This document shows positions 1-11,400 of a stretch of 64,000 nt of DNA, in pieces. Within the stretch, counting starts at the first letter, position 1; each line of letters opens with the position of its first letter. Origin of the DNA: Azolla caroliniana (taxonomy: Eukaryota; Plantae; Polypodiophyta); the NCBI GenBank assembly GCA_043228905.1, contig JBHGNT010000022.1, forward strand, positions 11,842,001-11,906,000, in the 5' to 3' direction. Position numbers and translations under genes: made by a program. Below the pieces are notes generated by a model. It saw only the letters and a program-made list of their open reading frames with translations, was not told the origin of the DNA and made no database searches.

Positions 1-2
1 TT

Positions 3-920
3 TTCCCGGAAGCAACCGACCTCCGAGATCTTGAAACCATCACCAATTTCATTGCTTGGTTGTTCTTGTCGGACGACATAGAAGACACTGGCCCTTTGTT
101 ACTCGGTACCGAAGGTCATGGTCTCATGGGGTCTCATGATCATGGTCCTCCATCTACCACCAATGTTTGGGCACAATCAGTTCTTTCTAAACTCCGCTAC
201 CCACAATCTCCTATCAATGTCGTCCTTTTCGACAATTCGAGTGACTGCCGTGCCCAGAGCTTAATCATGTTAGATGCATTGGGGGAACTATGGGGGAAGA
301 TGTCATCTCGGCTCGTCCCACAAGCGCGGTCGCGCTTCATATCGGTCATGCAAGATCATCTTCATGCCGTCTGCCTTCAGCCCACAAGCAAACGAGCATT
401 TTGGCAGCACGAGGAGGGAGGCGATATGAGCAAGAACGTAGAGGAATATAGGGCTATTCGCCGGCATTCCTCGGGCTTCCTTGTCGGTTTCGAGCTAGTC
501 CTCTACGTGTTAGGCCTAGATGAGGATCCCATCCATCTCCACCCACTCGTAGAGGAGTTCCGGGACCTCGTCTTAGACTACATATGGATGTGCAACGACA
601 TCGTGTCGTGCCACATGGAGGCTTCCCTCGGTTACAATTTCAACCTTCCGTGGGTCGTGTATGAGAGTGGTGCATTCGGGTCCTTCCAGGACTCGGTGGA
701 AGTTGTGGTGGGTATGATGAATAGTGTGGATGCTCGGTGTGCACAAGTAGTTGATGCCATCCAACGGAATGAGGAGTTGATACGAAAGGAGCCGAAGCTC
801 AATGCTTACTTGGCGACCATGGTGTCATGGATGTCCGGCACGCTTTGTTGGTCCTTTGAAACCTATCGTTATGGCCTCAAACACGACAATGAGCATCACA
901 AGCATGCAATATCTTGTTGA
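3..920 (+). CDS. MTPSL: Microbial terpene synthase-like protein (class I terpene cyclase), copy 1; 5' end lies before the window
   Basis: Open frame from the window start (FPEATDLRD...) to TGA 920. Motifs DDIED, RRHSSG, NDIVSCHME and WSFETYRY; no introns; nearly identical to 57971-58890. Confidence 0.85.
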   Translation, partial: FPEATDLRDLETITNFIAWLFLSDDIEDTGPLLLGTEGHGLMGSHDHGPPSTTNVWAQSVLSKLRYPQSPINVVLFDNSSDCRAQSLIMLDALGELWGKMSSRLVPQARSRFISVMQDHLHAVCLQPTSKRAFWQHEEGGDMSKNVEEYRAIRRHSSGFLVGFELVLYVLGLDEDPIHLHPLVEEFRDLVLDYIWMCNDIVSCHMEASLGYNFNLPWVVYESGAFGSFQDSVEVVVGMMNSVDARCAQVVDAIQRNEELIRKEPKLNAYLATMVSWMSGTLCWSFETYRYGLKHDNEHHKHAISC

Positions 921-2511
921 TCTAAGAATACATCATCTTGATTTTTTTGCATGTATGTTTTTGGATTGTCGAGAACCTAGTCTCCCCAACATTGTCTACT
1001 AATTATTATTCCATTAGCTTTTTACCATCCTATTTGATAACCTAGGGTTTTGACTCTTGAGAATCTAAATTTGCATAAATGTGCGTGTGTATGGACCTAG
1101 TGAGATTGAGGTTTTTGGAGTGAGCGGTGCCTGTGTGAGATTGTGGTGTGTCCTGTGTGAGAAAAAGTTAGGTTCCACGCGCATCTCGTGAAGTGATGTA
1201 TAAATGAAGATAATAATAACAAAAAATAAAACTTAAAGTAGCCTAGTGGTCCTAGCCATTTTTGAATAATCATGAAACAATTTCTATGTAAAAAACCACC
1301 AAAATCGTGGTATCTAACCTAATTGTTGTACAAACCATCAATTTTGCAACATTTTTCCCTAACCTTGTGTGTATTCTCCTGAAGCATTTGCTAATCGTGG
1401 TGGTGAATCCCCAACTTCCTCACCCCTTGTGTCTCCCCGGTCCAAGGCCCCGACGGTCTTGTTCGAGCAACACACGCACGCGAAACTTTGCGACAACGGT
1501 GAAGAGGCCAAAATCGAAGCTACGAGGGCACTGAAACAAGCCTTTATTTCACGAAAGGAGGTCGAGTTAGAATTCCTTACCATTGAATTCTTCCTTGCTA
1601 TTAGGCAATCAAAAAGAGGCTCTAATGTTTTGGATTGGTTTTAAGTGTGATTGTGTTTCCACTCAAGTGGAAACCACAAATAAAAGGCATATAAGCAAAA
1701 GATAGGGGCTGCTAGTGTAATTTCAGCGCTACTTTTTGTTTACTTTTTGTGTCTGCTAGATCCATCAAATGCATGGTTTCTCAATTGGTGCCAATCCTAC
1801 GTTTGGCTCTCCTAGATCCATCAAATGCACCTTAATTATTTTATCATGCGGATAGTACATTTATCACCTACAGTTAACATATCAATTGAGGTGCAGTTTT
1901 CATCTACTACAATTAAAAGAGTTAAGTTTCAATGAAAACATGATGATGGCCAAATGCAGCACTGTACCTGCTGAAGAAGGCAAGCTTCACTATCCACTAA
2001 TATTTTTCAGTGTGGAAATTCTTTTTGAAGAGGCAAAATTTGGCCTCTTGGGCTTCATTCATTCATCAATTTGTTTACTACCTTATTCTAGCCAGGCCAA
2101 AGAAGTATGTCTTACATTAGTTTCAAGCTTAAAGTGACCTGAGCTCTTATAATTGTTATTCTTTTATCCTCTTATATTTTACTTAAATTCTAAGTGTGTG
2201 GTCTATTAAGCTCATTTGATCTCCTCTAGCAGTACTACATGTTTTGAAAGTCAGTAAGCACATTCTGTTTCAGCATTCCCTCTCTTGTCATTTGCCTGAT
2301 TTAAAAGATATTGAAAAAAAGAAACTTCTGTTTATAACTGCTTCCATGGAATGGAGGGTTCTGTATTGAAATAATGGTTGAAACATATTTCATTGATTTA
2401 TGTGTGCAAGAGAAAAAATTAGATGCACAAAAATTGGATTCTGGACATATTGATTACACAGTATTTTATTGTGGCACGATGATTTTATTGGTGTTTTTCT
2501 TGATTTTGAAG

Positions 2512-3331
2512 ATTTTCGCTGCACAAATTGGGCAAAAGGTCAACATTTTGGTGGTCATGTGCGAGACGTTTCTTTTCGGCATCCTGTCAAGGTCTATTTT
2601 GGTAAGGTACCCCTACAAAATTCTATTTTGTACAATTTCGTGATTTCAAACTCATATGCTTCTGTCAGGCCCCAAAGCTAGTAACTGTCAAGAGGTTCAA
2701 AGATATCGTGTATACCGGGATAGGTATATACTATCCTTCCCATGTGTCACCCAAGTAGGTTTCATGTTTTTTAGATAGAAGGTAACATTGTCACAAAATT
2801 TAATTTTCATGCAGTCACCTAGTTGTAGAGACTTCACAACAAATGAATGACATACCTTACGGTGATTATTTTCATGTGGAGGCAAGGGTTCTTGCTGAAT
2901 TTCTTGTTTTATATTTAACTGGCGCAGCAACCTGGTTAATTGAAATTTATCATTCTACAGGGGCATTGGGATGTTTATCCATTGGTTGGCAAAGAAACAC
3001 CCAGTTGTGTGGTTCGGGTTTTTGTTAATGTTTCCTTCTCCAAGAAAACAGTCTGGAAAGGTAAAATATTGACGATTTTGTCAATACACAGTGGTAAAGC
3101 ATTGACTTTTTTGTTATGAAAAGAATCTGTATTTACCTTTGTAGTTTGAGTGGCATATGTTTCTTGTATAAGTCATCTTGCGTGTAAAGCTACATGACAC
3201 TATCCATTATTATGGACGAAGTGATGAAATTTCGATGATTGTAGTGCATTGACTTCAATTATTTAACAGGTAAGATCGAGCAGGGCACTTTTGAAGAATG
3301 TAAGGAGGTTTATGGCACTTGGTTGGGTGAG
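2512..3331 (+). pseudogene. VAD1: Internal fragment (5 VASt-domain exons) of a VAD1-like gene, truncated at both ends
   Basis: Exons ~2512-2601, 2669-2723, 2815-2881, 2961-3060 and 3270-3331 splice to DFRCTNW...VSFRHPVKVYFG PKASNCQEVQRYRVYRDSHLVVETSQQMNDIPYGDYFHVEGHWDV...VFVNVSFSKKTVWKGKIEQGTFEECKEVY. Homology to the longer copy stops at 3420. Confidence 0.82.
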
Positions 3332-3489
3332 GTAATGATCTTATATAAGGGCAGGAACCACTTGTCTGCATGTCTTGGAGCTAGTTATTTGAAGCAGAAC
3401 CTATATTGCTACATATGTTTGGAAATTACTCCTAAATTACGCCTAAATTACTCCTAAATTAAAGCATGATGTCTTGCTTTTCACAATGT

Positions 3490-4012
3490 AGGTGTATGAA
3501 GATGAGTTGACACAACATGCACACACTCTCACACGAAACTATTATTTCACAAATTATAACTAGGTGTTCTAGGTTTTCCAAAATATTATAAAGAACAAGG
3601 GAAAATTATATAAGTAAGCAAACTTTTATAAAAGTGGGAACATTATATAATATATATGTGCATACATACATATGTTTGTTTTGGGTTGTCTTTTTATTGT
3701 TCATGAATACTTTATAACATAGTTTCATGATGGTACAACACGATACTTTCTAATCGGGAATTATGTAGTTCCAACAATCACGGAGCACTTTGAAATTGTT
3801 ACTTTCTCAAATTTGCATGCTCGTGATTGGGAAAAGGGTTAAAATATGGAAGATGATCAAGATATGCCAAATATGCAATGACCACTTGCAAATATCGAGG
3901 TATTTCCGGACACTAATACAAGTATTATTGAACTATGGCTTAGATACGATGAAGAGAACACAATTAGTTTGGAATCGTAATTGAAATTAGAAGGCTACAA
4001 AGAAGTGTGGAC
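3490..4012 (+). repeat. Diverged copy of the MTPSL upstream/promoter region with no gene behind it
   Basis: Collinear motifs shared with 42180-42650 (ttataaaagtgg...attatata, catgaatacttt, atactttctaat, gctacaaaga.gtgtgga). It ends where the LINE fragment begins. Confidence 0.55.
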
Positions 4013-4014
4013 TC

Positions 4015-4520
4015 ATTCACTTAACAATCAATGTCGGTTGCCTATTTTCATGTGGATCAGCAATGTGGGGAGCATTACATTCCAGTTTGATGTTGTATGA
4101 GGCAAACGATGTTCAAGAGGCAATGATGGTACATAATAGAATATTGATATTGGTCAGCCCCTTTCAACAACCTCGAAAGCAGGTGCGATCTGTCCAAATA
4201 TGGAAAACAATGACTACAATAACGTTATGGGCATTATGGAAATGTCGATGCAACCGACGTTATGATGCAACATATCAGTGTCTCTCAGATGTCTTGCGTG
4301 AGATATGGGAGAACTTGGTGGCAGTAGTCCGCAGCCAGTATGACAACATGTGGGGTTCACCACAGATTGTGAATAAGAGATAGAAGAAGCTCCTTCACTT
4401 ACGGAAAAAGTTACCCCTATTTTCTGAGTCAACTCAAGGGCCTCAATGGAACTATCAACTTCCATGGACCCTTTCTTGAATATCAGTGAAGCACAACAGA
4501 GTGCAACAATAAATTTTTAT
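4015..4520 (+). mobile_element. Degenerate 3' end of a LINE (L1-like ORF2 C-terminus)
   Basis: ORF 4063-4383 contains IWKTMTTITLWALWKCRCNRRYD, matching the lW.lWk.RN.r motif that follows zf-RVT in plant L1 ORF2; AATAAA near 4508. Confidence 0.55.
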
Positions 4521-5228
4521 ACCTTTTACAAAGTTCTAGCTTTGGTCTTAGGATTATCGTATATCATTTTATATGAAAATTGTAAGCTTTTGGGCACATA
4601 AGCTTAAGTTGTAGCATTCACATGTTTTACTTAATACTAATGAGGAAAATCTTTGAAGAAAAAAGAAGTGTGGACTCAATAAAAGGGTAAAGACATGAGA
4701 GAAAGATAGACATAGGTACCACATTGGGCATCATTATAAAGCCTCTTGTCAATACACATCTAGACACCACCAACACAACCATTGGAAAAACTCCACACTC
4801 AATACTAACCCAAAACACCGTAGCTTGTTTTCCGTTATTTAATATGCAAGATAAAATTCAATGGCAAGGAATTCTAACTCAAGTTACCTCCTTTTGTCCC
4901 CTTTCGTGAAATCAAGGCTCATTTGTGATTTGAGCACCTCGGTAGCTTTGATTTTGGCCTCTTCACTCCAAAAACCTCAATCTCACTATGTCCACACACA
5001 CACATTGATGTAAATGTCTTCTCAAACCCCTAGGTTAATTACAATATCAGTTGACAATTAAGCTTGTTTGCAACAACAAAAAGCTTCAAAAACAAAGAAT
5101 GATATTATTCATACAAAGGAGATCTTGTCAAATAGGATGGTTAAAATTAGTAAACAATGTTGGGGAGGCGAGGTTCTGGACAAGTCAAAAACATACATGC
5201 ACAAAAATCAAGATCGTGTGTTCTTAAA

Positions 5229-6332
5229 TTAATAAGATATCATATGTTTGCGATGCCCATTGTCGTAATTGAGTTCGTAACGACATGTTTCGAAGGACCA
5301 CTGAAGCGTGCCGGACATACACGACACCATCGTCACCAAGTACGCATTGAGCTTCGGCTCCCTTTGTATCAACTCCTCCTTCCGTTGTATGGCATCAACT
5401 ACTTGTGCACAATGAGCATCCACACGATCCATCATATCCACCACAACTTCCACCACATCCTGGAAGGACCCGAATGCACCGCTCTCGTACATGACCCACG
5501 GAAGGTTGAAATTGTAACCGAGGGACGCCTCCATGTGGCACGACACGATGTTGTTGTACATACATATGTAGTCTAAAACAAGGTCTCGGAACTCCTCGAC
5601 GAGCCAGTGGAGATGGATGGGATCCTCATCTAGGCCTAACATGTAGAGGACTAGCTCGAAACCCACAAGGAAGCCCGAGGAATGCCGGCGAATAGCCATA
5701 TATTCCTCCATGTTCTTGTTCATATCGCCTCCCTCCTCGTGCCGCCAAAATGCTCGATTGCTTTATGGCTGAAGGCAGACGGCATGAAGATGATCTTGCA
5801 TGACCGATATGAAGCGTGACCGCACTTGTGGGACAAGCCGAGATGACATCTTGCCGCATAGTTCCCCCAATGCATCTAACATGATTAAGATCTGGGCATG
5901 GCAGTCACTCAAATTGTCGAAAAGTACGACATTGCTAGGAGATTGTGGGTCGCGGAGTTTAGAAAGAACCGATTGTGCCCAAACATTGGTGGTAGATGGA
6001 GGACCATGATCATGAGACCCCATGAAACCATGATCTTCGGTACCGAGTAACAAGGGGCCATTGTCTTCTATGTCGTCTGACAAGAACAACCAAGCAATGA
6101 ACTTGATGATGGTTTCAAGATCTCGGAGGTCGGTTGCTTCCGCAAAATGGCGGCATGCATAGCGGGGGATGAGACAATCGAGGAGGAGCTGCTCGGAACC
6201 GGGGCAAGCCAAGTTAAGGATCCATGACTCACCCACCATCCTCACACTCTCATATTGTGGGTACAATTTGGCGGGGAACGAGCATCGGATTGGCGGCAAT
6301 GTGAAACTGGTACTGCAAGTTGGGATCACCAT
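5229..6332 (-). pseudogene. MTPSL: MTPSL copy 2: inverted, diverged, short N-terminus, with an in-frame nonsense codon
   Basis: ORFs 5763-6362 and 5229-5723 are in the same frame, separated by TAA at 5763-5765 (ACA in intact copies). The NSE motif is altered to NNIVSCHME. ATG 6332 (MVIPTC) corresponds to the full-length start joined directly to IPTC. Confidence 0.88.
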
Positions 6333-6642
6333 TGAGGAGGATACTCTAAAGGTTGATGCCAAAATGCCTATATATTATTGATAGGTATATGGTGAAAATA
6401 TGGTTGTGTTGGTGCTTTTGAGATGTACTATGTCGATTTATGTATAGATCACATTTTGAGAGTCCTTTTATAATAATACCAAATGAGATACCTATGTCTA
6501 TATTGTCTCATGTGTCTTTCCCTTTTCTAATGAGTCCAAAGAGTCCCATATGACTTTTGTAGCCTTGAATTCCAATTATGACATGATTATATAGATTTCA
6601 CAATTCTCGCGGTCTGTAATGCCTCTGTGTTTCTAATTGCTT

Positions 6643-6965
6643 GTCGTATTACGGGTGCAATTTCATGGGGAATGAGCATCTAATGTGAAACCGGTACCGC
6701 AAGTTGGGATCCATGAGTCGCATTAGGTCCTCATGGTGCTCTCGGCATTAAGTTGGGCCGCTCAAACGAGTGCTTGATGGGCGGGAGTGTGTCACCGGGA
6801 GCTTGTATCCAGGGATCGCGCTCCGTCCGGTGCAATTCAGAGGAGGCCTGGGCAATTTTAAGTTGAGACCGGTAGCTTGGATTTGCCGCCATGGCTGAGA
6901 TTCGACTACGGCCAACCTTACCTCAACATTCATGAGATTATTACCATTGAGGATATGTACTCTCA
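6643..6965 (-). pseudogene. MTPSL: Relic of the 5' end (N-terminal extension) of another MTPSL copy
   Basis: Minus strand encodes ILNGNNL..., ATGLNL... and, in another frame, CDSWIPTCGTGFTL/CSFPMKLHP*YD, matching ILNGNNNL/ATSLNL/CDSRIPTCGSGFIL..CSFPTKLHPQYE of intact copies; contains stops and frameshifts. Confidence 0.75.
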
Positions 6966-7875
6966 AGTTGATCGCAAATTTACTAATAGATATGGTGAGA
7001 GCTTTTGATGGATACGATTGTGTTGGTGTTGGTGTACGGTTATGGAGGTAGAGCTTCTTGCTTTGATGGATATGGTTGTTTAGGGATTATATGGAATCAA
7101 AGGACTCCATACTTTTTTTTGTATAGTCTTTAATTCCAATCAGTGTGCCTTTTTTTTTGGATATTAACCTTTTTTTGTAGAACCTTCATAAACAATGTGC
7201 CAATGAATGTATGTGCAATCAAACCATGTCATCAAGTATTCACGAGACATCATGCATATTGAAACTCATACATGATGCAAATAATGATTGTAGATGTAAT
7301 GTCATATTCTTGGCTATGGAGTCCTCTTTTCATTATAGATATCCCATGTGAAAAGACCAATATCTCATGCTTGTGCCACGGCCCACCGTATTGATGGAGA
7401 AGCTACTAATGTCACATGATCAAGCATAAAAAATCGAGAATATAATTGGGCAAAACAATAAGATCATCGATGTAGTGAAGATTAGCAATGGGCCCAGTTT
7501 CGGCTCAAACCGAACTGAACCATTAAACCATGGCTTAACGGTTTATTGGTTCAAAGATAAATAAACCGTTTGGTTTGGTTTCCAAGTTATGATCCGGTTC
7601 GGTTCAGTTTTGAATTTCATGGTTTGGCGGTTTACTGGCTTATCGGTTCGGTTTTAAATTTCATGGTTTAGCGGTTTATCGGTTTCGGTTTAAAGGTTTA
7701 TAGGTTAAAAATTATTCCTAAATTTTCACCTTTAGGCTCTAAGTTTCAACCATACGTACCATACTTTTGGATTAACTATTTATTATGAATTGATATTTTG
7801 TACATAATTCATAATTAGGTCGGCTGATGTAAATACTAGGTAGTACACATTTATTAGGGGATTTGTGCGTATCTC

Positions 7876-8340
7876 TGTCGAAAGGGACAAGGAATAAAGT
7901 GATTTGACTACTTAAGGAGGGAGAGAAGGAAGAAAAGGGATCGCGCGTTGGCGAGGACGAAGTGTTGCTGCAGAACCGAGGGCCGAGCTCTCTCTCCTCT
8001 GATCGTCGTTCTCTGTGGGTGTCGGGAGTTCGCTGCCTCTGCTTCGTGGACAGCCCGTGTGCTTCCAGCAGAGGTTCCCCCCCCCCCTCCCCCTTTTTGT
8101 TTCTTCGAGTCGAGTGGTTGTCGTCTGTGTGCGTGAGTAGGACCCCGTGTCATGTCCATTTCCGGTTTGTCGGTTGTAACTGTTCGAGTTGTAAGCTACT
8201 AATTATAGTAATCGGATTCTTGTTTCTTGCTCTTATTTTCTTCTGTGTATCTACAACTCTCTCTCTCACTCTCTCTCCTTGGTCCAAGACCCCCGTGGTC
8301 CCGCCTCTTCCTACACGTGAACGCGAAACTTCGCGACAAC
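7876..8340. mobile_element. Unclassified GC-rich LTR-like insertion abutting the truncated gypsy 3' LTR
   Basis: TGTCG...CGACA-bounded GC-rich block in AT-rich context. No matching TSD was found and the left boundary is uncertain. Confidence 0.35.
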
Positions 8341-8449
8341 GTATTACAATGTATGGTCTAATGGTCAAGAGCTCGACCCATGTAGCATAAGGTCATGGGT
8401 TCGAGTCTTGCCATATCATGACACTATCTCCCCTTTAAAACGACGAGTG

Positions 8450-11400
8450 TCACGAGTCGTTTTGGATTGAGGACCTGGTTTGTTTGGTTATTCACGATGG
8501 AAGTCTTCAAGAAGAGCACGAGCATTGGTCACATTTTCTATTGGTTCCCAAGTACGCTCGTTGGGATTATATCCTAGCCAATCGACTAGATAGTAGAGCT
8601 TGTTGCGAACAATCTTGGAATCAAGGATGGCGGCAACCTCGTACTCAGGTCCATCTTCAAGGTCGATTGGGGGTTGAGGCTATGTAATATGTCCTGGGAT
8701 GGTGTTCTCTTGATAGGGTTCGAGGAGAGAACTATGAAACACCGGATGTATCCGAAGTTGCAGAGGTAGATCGAGACGAAAAGCGACATCATTAATCTTT
8801 CCTATAATACGGAAAGGACCTAATCGCCGATAATCCAACTTCTCGCATGGGCGAGTAGTCTTGATGTGTCGTCGTAGTAGCCATACCCGATCTCCAATGT
8901 TAAAACTGGATGGAAGTCGATGACGATCCGCATAAACCTTGTGTGTTTGTTGAGCTTGTTGGAGATGAGTAGATAAATCAGCTTGTATCTTGTGTAACCG
9001 CTCTAAACGATCCTCTGCGCAAGGATTTGTGGACAACTCTGGGGTTTCAAATACACACCACCGGGGGTGAGAACTTGTATAAGCATAAAATGACGTAACT
9101 TTAGTCGATGCGTGGACAGAGTTATTGTAGGCAAATTCGGCGAAGTGGAGAATAACTTAGAAAGCACTGAAGATACTGCTCCAGTGTTTGATTTGTTCGT
9201 TCTAATTGGCCATCCGTTTGTGGGTGGTAGCCAAAGGAGAGGTTAAACGTGACCTTGAGTATTTTAAAAAGGTGCTTCCAGAATTTCGATACAAACTGGG
9301 GTCCACGGTCGCGGATGATACTATCGGGAAGGCCATGATGCCGACATACTTCACGCATGACAATTTCAGTGGTTTCTTCATTGGATATTTCCTTAGTACA
9401 TGGCAAGAAATGAACCATCTTCGTATATCGATCTACGATTGTTAGAATCGCATTGAACCACTTAGAGACTGGATGATCTGTGATGAAGTCTAGAGCAATG
9501 GATTGCCACGCCTTGCTTGGAATTGGTAATGGTTCTAATAAACCATATGGATGATGCCTTGGCATTTTCGCTCTGCCGCATGTATCACAAGTCCGAACAA
9601 AATCTTCAACAAATTGTCGCATACGGGGCCACCAAAATGATTGTTGTACTAAATCTAATGTTTTAGTACTACCAAAATGCCTAGTTGTATGTGTCATGAC
9701 AGTTTTGGACTACTCGAAGGCGGCAAGAACCATTAGGAACGTACAAGAGTTCATTAAAGAATAGTAATCCATCATGGTATTTGAATTGTCGATAGTCTGT
9801 ACCTGGTGGTTGTGACTGTGAACAAGATGCTCGAGAGGGATCAATTTGTGCTAGAATGGCTTGGGTGAAAGCATCGGTCTTGAAGTCCTCATGTATAGTA
9901 TCGATAACGTGGGAATCCATTGGCATGCCAAAGACATGTGTTGCTTGCAGTCGTGTCACTCCCAAGATTATTTGCTTTTGGTTATCAAAAGTTGGCTCGT
10001 CGAGACGCAGTGCTAGGTATGAACATCGTGATAATGCATCTGCCTTCCCTTGGTGCTTCCCCGAACGATATGTAATTTTGAAGTCGAAACGCATGAGGAA
10101 GTGGGCCCACCAAGCTTGACGTCGATTTAACACACAAGCGTCCTGAAAGTAGGCAAGGTTTTTATGGTCACTGAATACGGTGACTTGATGAGAGGATCCC
10201 TCTAGAAAATGCCTCCATTGCGTAAAAGAATCCACTATTGCCAATAGCTCCTTATCATGAATTTCATAGTTGATTTCGGCGGCGTCAAACTTGCGTGAGT
10301 GAAAAGCCACAGGATGTAGCTTCTCATCATTACCTCATTGTGACAGAATGCTCCCCAATGCGAAATCCGATGTGTCTGCTTCGATAATGAATGGTTTTTC
10401 TAGATCGACATGAGCTAGAATTGGAGCCAATGTAAATGCCTTTTTGAGACTCTCGAAAGTCATGTCCGCTTCTTTAGACCAAACGAACAATTGTCCCTTC
10501 CTGGTAAGCTGTGTGAGAGCCAGAACAAGCTTTGAGTAATCTTGTATGAACTTCCGATAAAAATTGGCAAAGCCTAAAACGCATTGCACATCTCGCACCT
10601 AACCCGGAGTCTGCCACTCTACCAAAGTTTTGACCTTAGCTGGGTCCATGGAGATACCTTCCGAGGAAATGACATAGCCCAGAAATTCCACCTGGTTGCA
10701 CCCAAAACTACATTTTTCCAGCTTTGCATAAAGACCATGTTCTCGAAGTCGTTTTAGTACTAACAGTACATGAGAATCTTGCTCTTCTTGGGTCTTCGAA
10801 TAAACCAGTAGATCATCCAAATAGATGATCAAACAAACATCCAAGAGATCTTAGAATATATCATTTGCCACGTGCTGGAAGACTACTGGCGCATTAGTGA
10901 GGCCAAACGGCATGACTATATGCTCGAAGTGCCCATATCTGGTGCGAAACGCGGTCTTCCATTTATCTCCTGGTCGGATCCGTACAAGGTTATAGGCTCC
11001 TCGTAAGTCGATCTTCGTGAAGAACCTAGCACCATTGATCCGTTCTAAAAGACTTGAGATAAGGGGAAGTGCATACCTATTTTTGATTGTCACCTTATTC
11101 AAGCCACGGTAATCTACAACGAGACGAAGTGATCCATCCTTTTTCTTGACGAAAAAAATGGGTGCGCTGGCTGGAGATTTCGAATGCCGAATGAAACCAT
11201 TTTCCAAATTCTCCTCTATATAGGCTCGCAGGAATTCTAGCTCGGTTGGTGACAAATTGTAGATCGGTCCCCATGGTGGCTCTTTCCCTGGTTGTAAATC
11301 GATGGGGCAATCATACGGTCGATGGTAAGGAAGCGTATTGGCTTGTACTTTATCGAACACATCAGCATAATGATGATACTTCTTTGGAAGTTAAACGGTG

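Larger units (their letters stand above)
1..3420 (+). repeat. Segmental duplication block (MTPSL 3' part, its flank and a VAD1-like fragment), paralogous to 57971-62564
   Basis: 1-1745 matches 57971-59707 and 1746-3420 matches 60890-62564 (ORF pairs such as 1886/61030 and 2843/61987 are offset by 59144). About 1.18 kb present in the distal copy is missing here. Confidence 0.92.

Noticed and set aside
1650-1720. Helitron 3' end (hairpin gtttccact-ca-agtggaaac then CTAG) as the vehicle of MTPSL duplication
   Set aside because: The CTAG is ~40 bp from the hairpin, paralog homology continues past it, and no 5' TC end or Rep/helicase was seen.
8345-8420. tRNA gene
   Set aside because: It has A/B-box-like motifs but I could not fold a cloverleaf; it forms one long hairpin and is part of an LTR.
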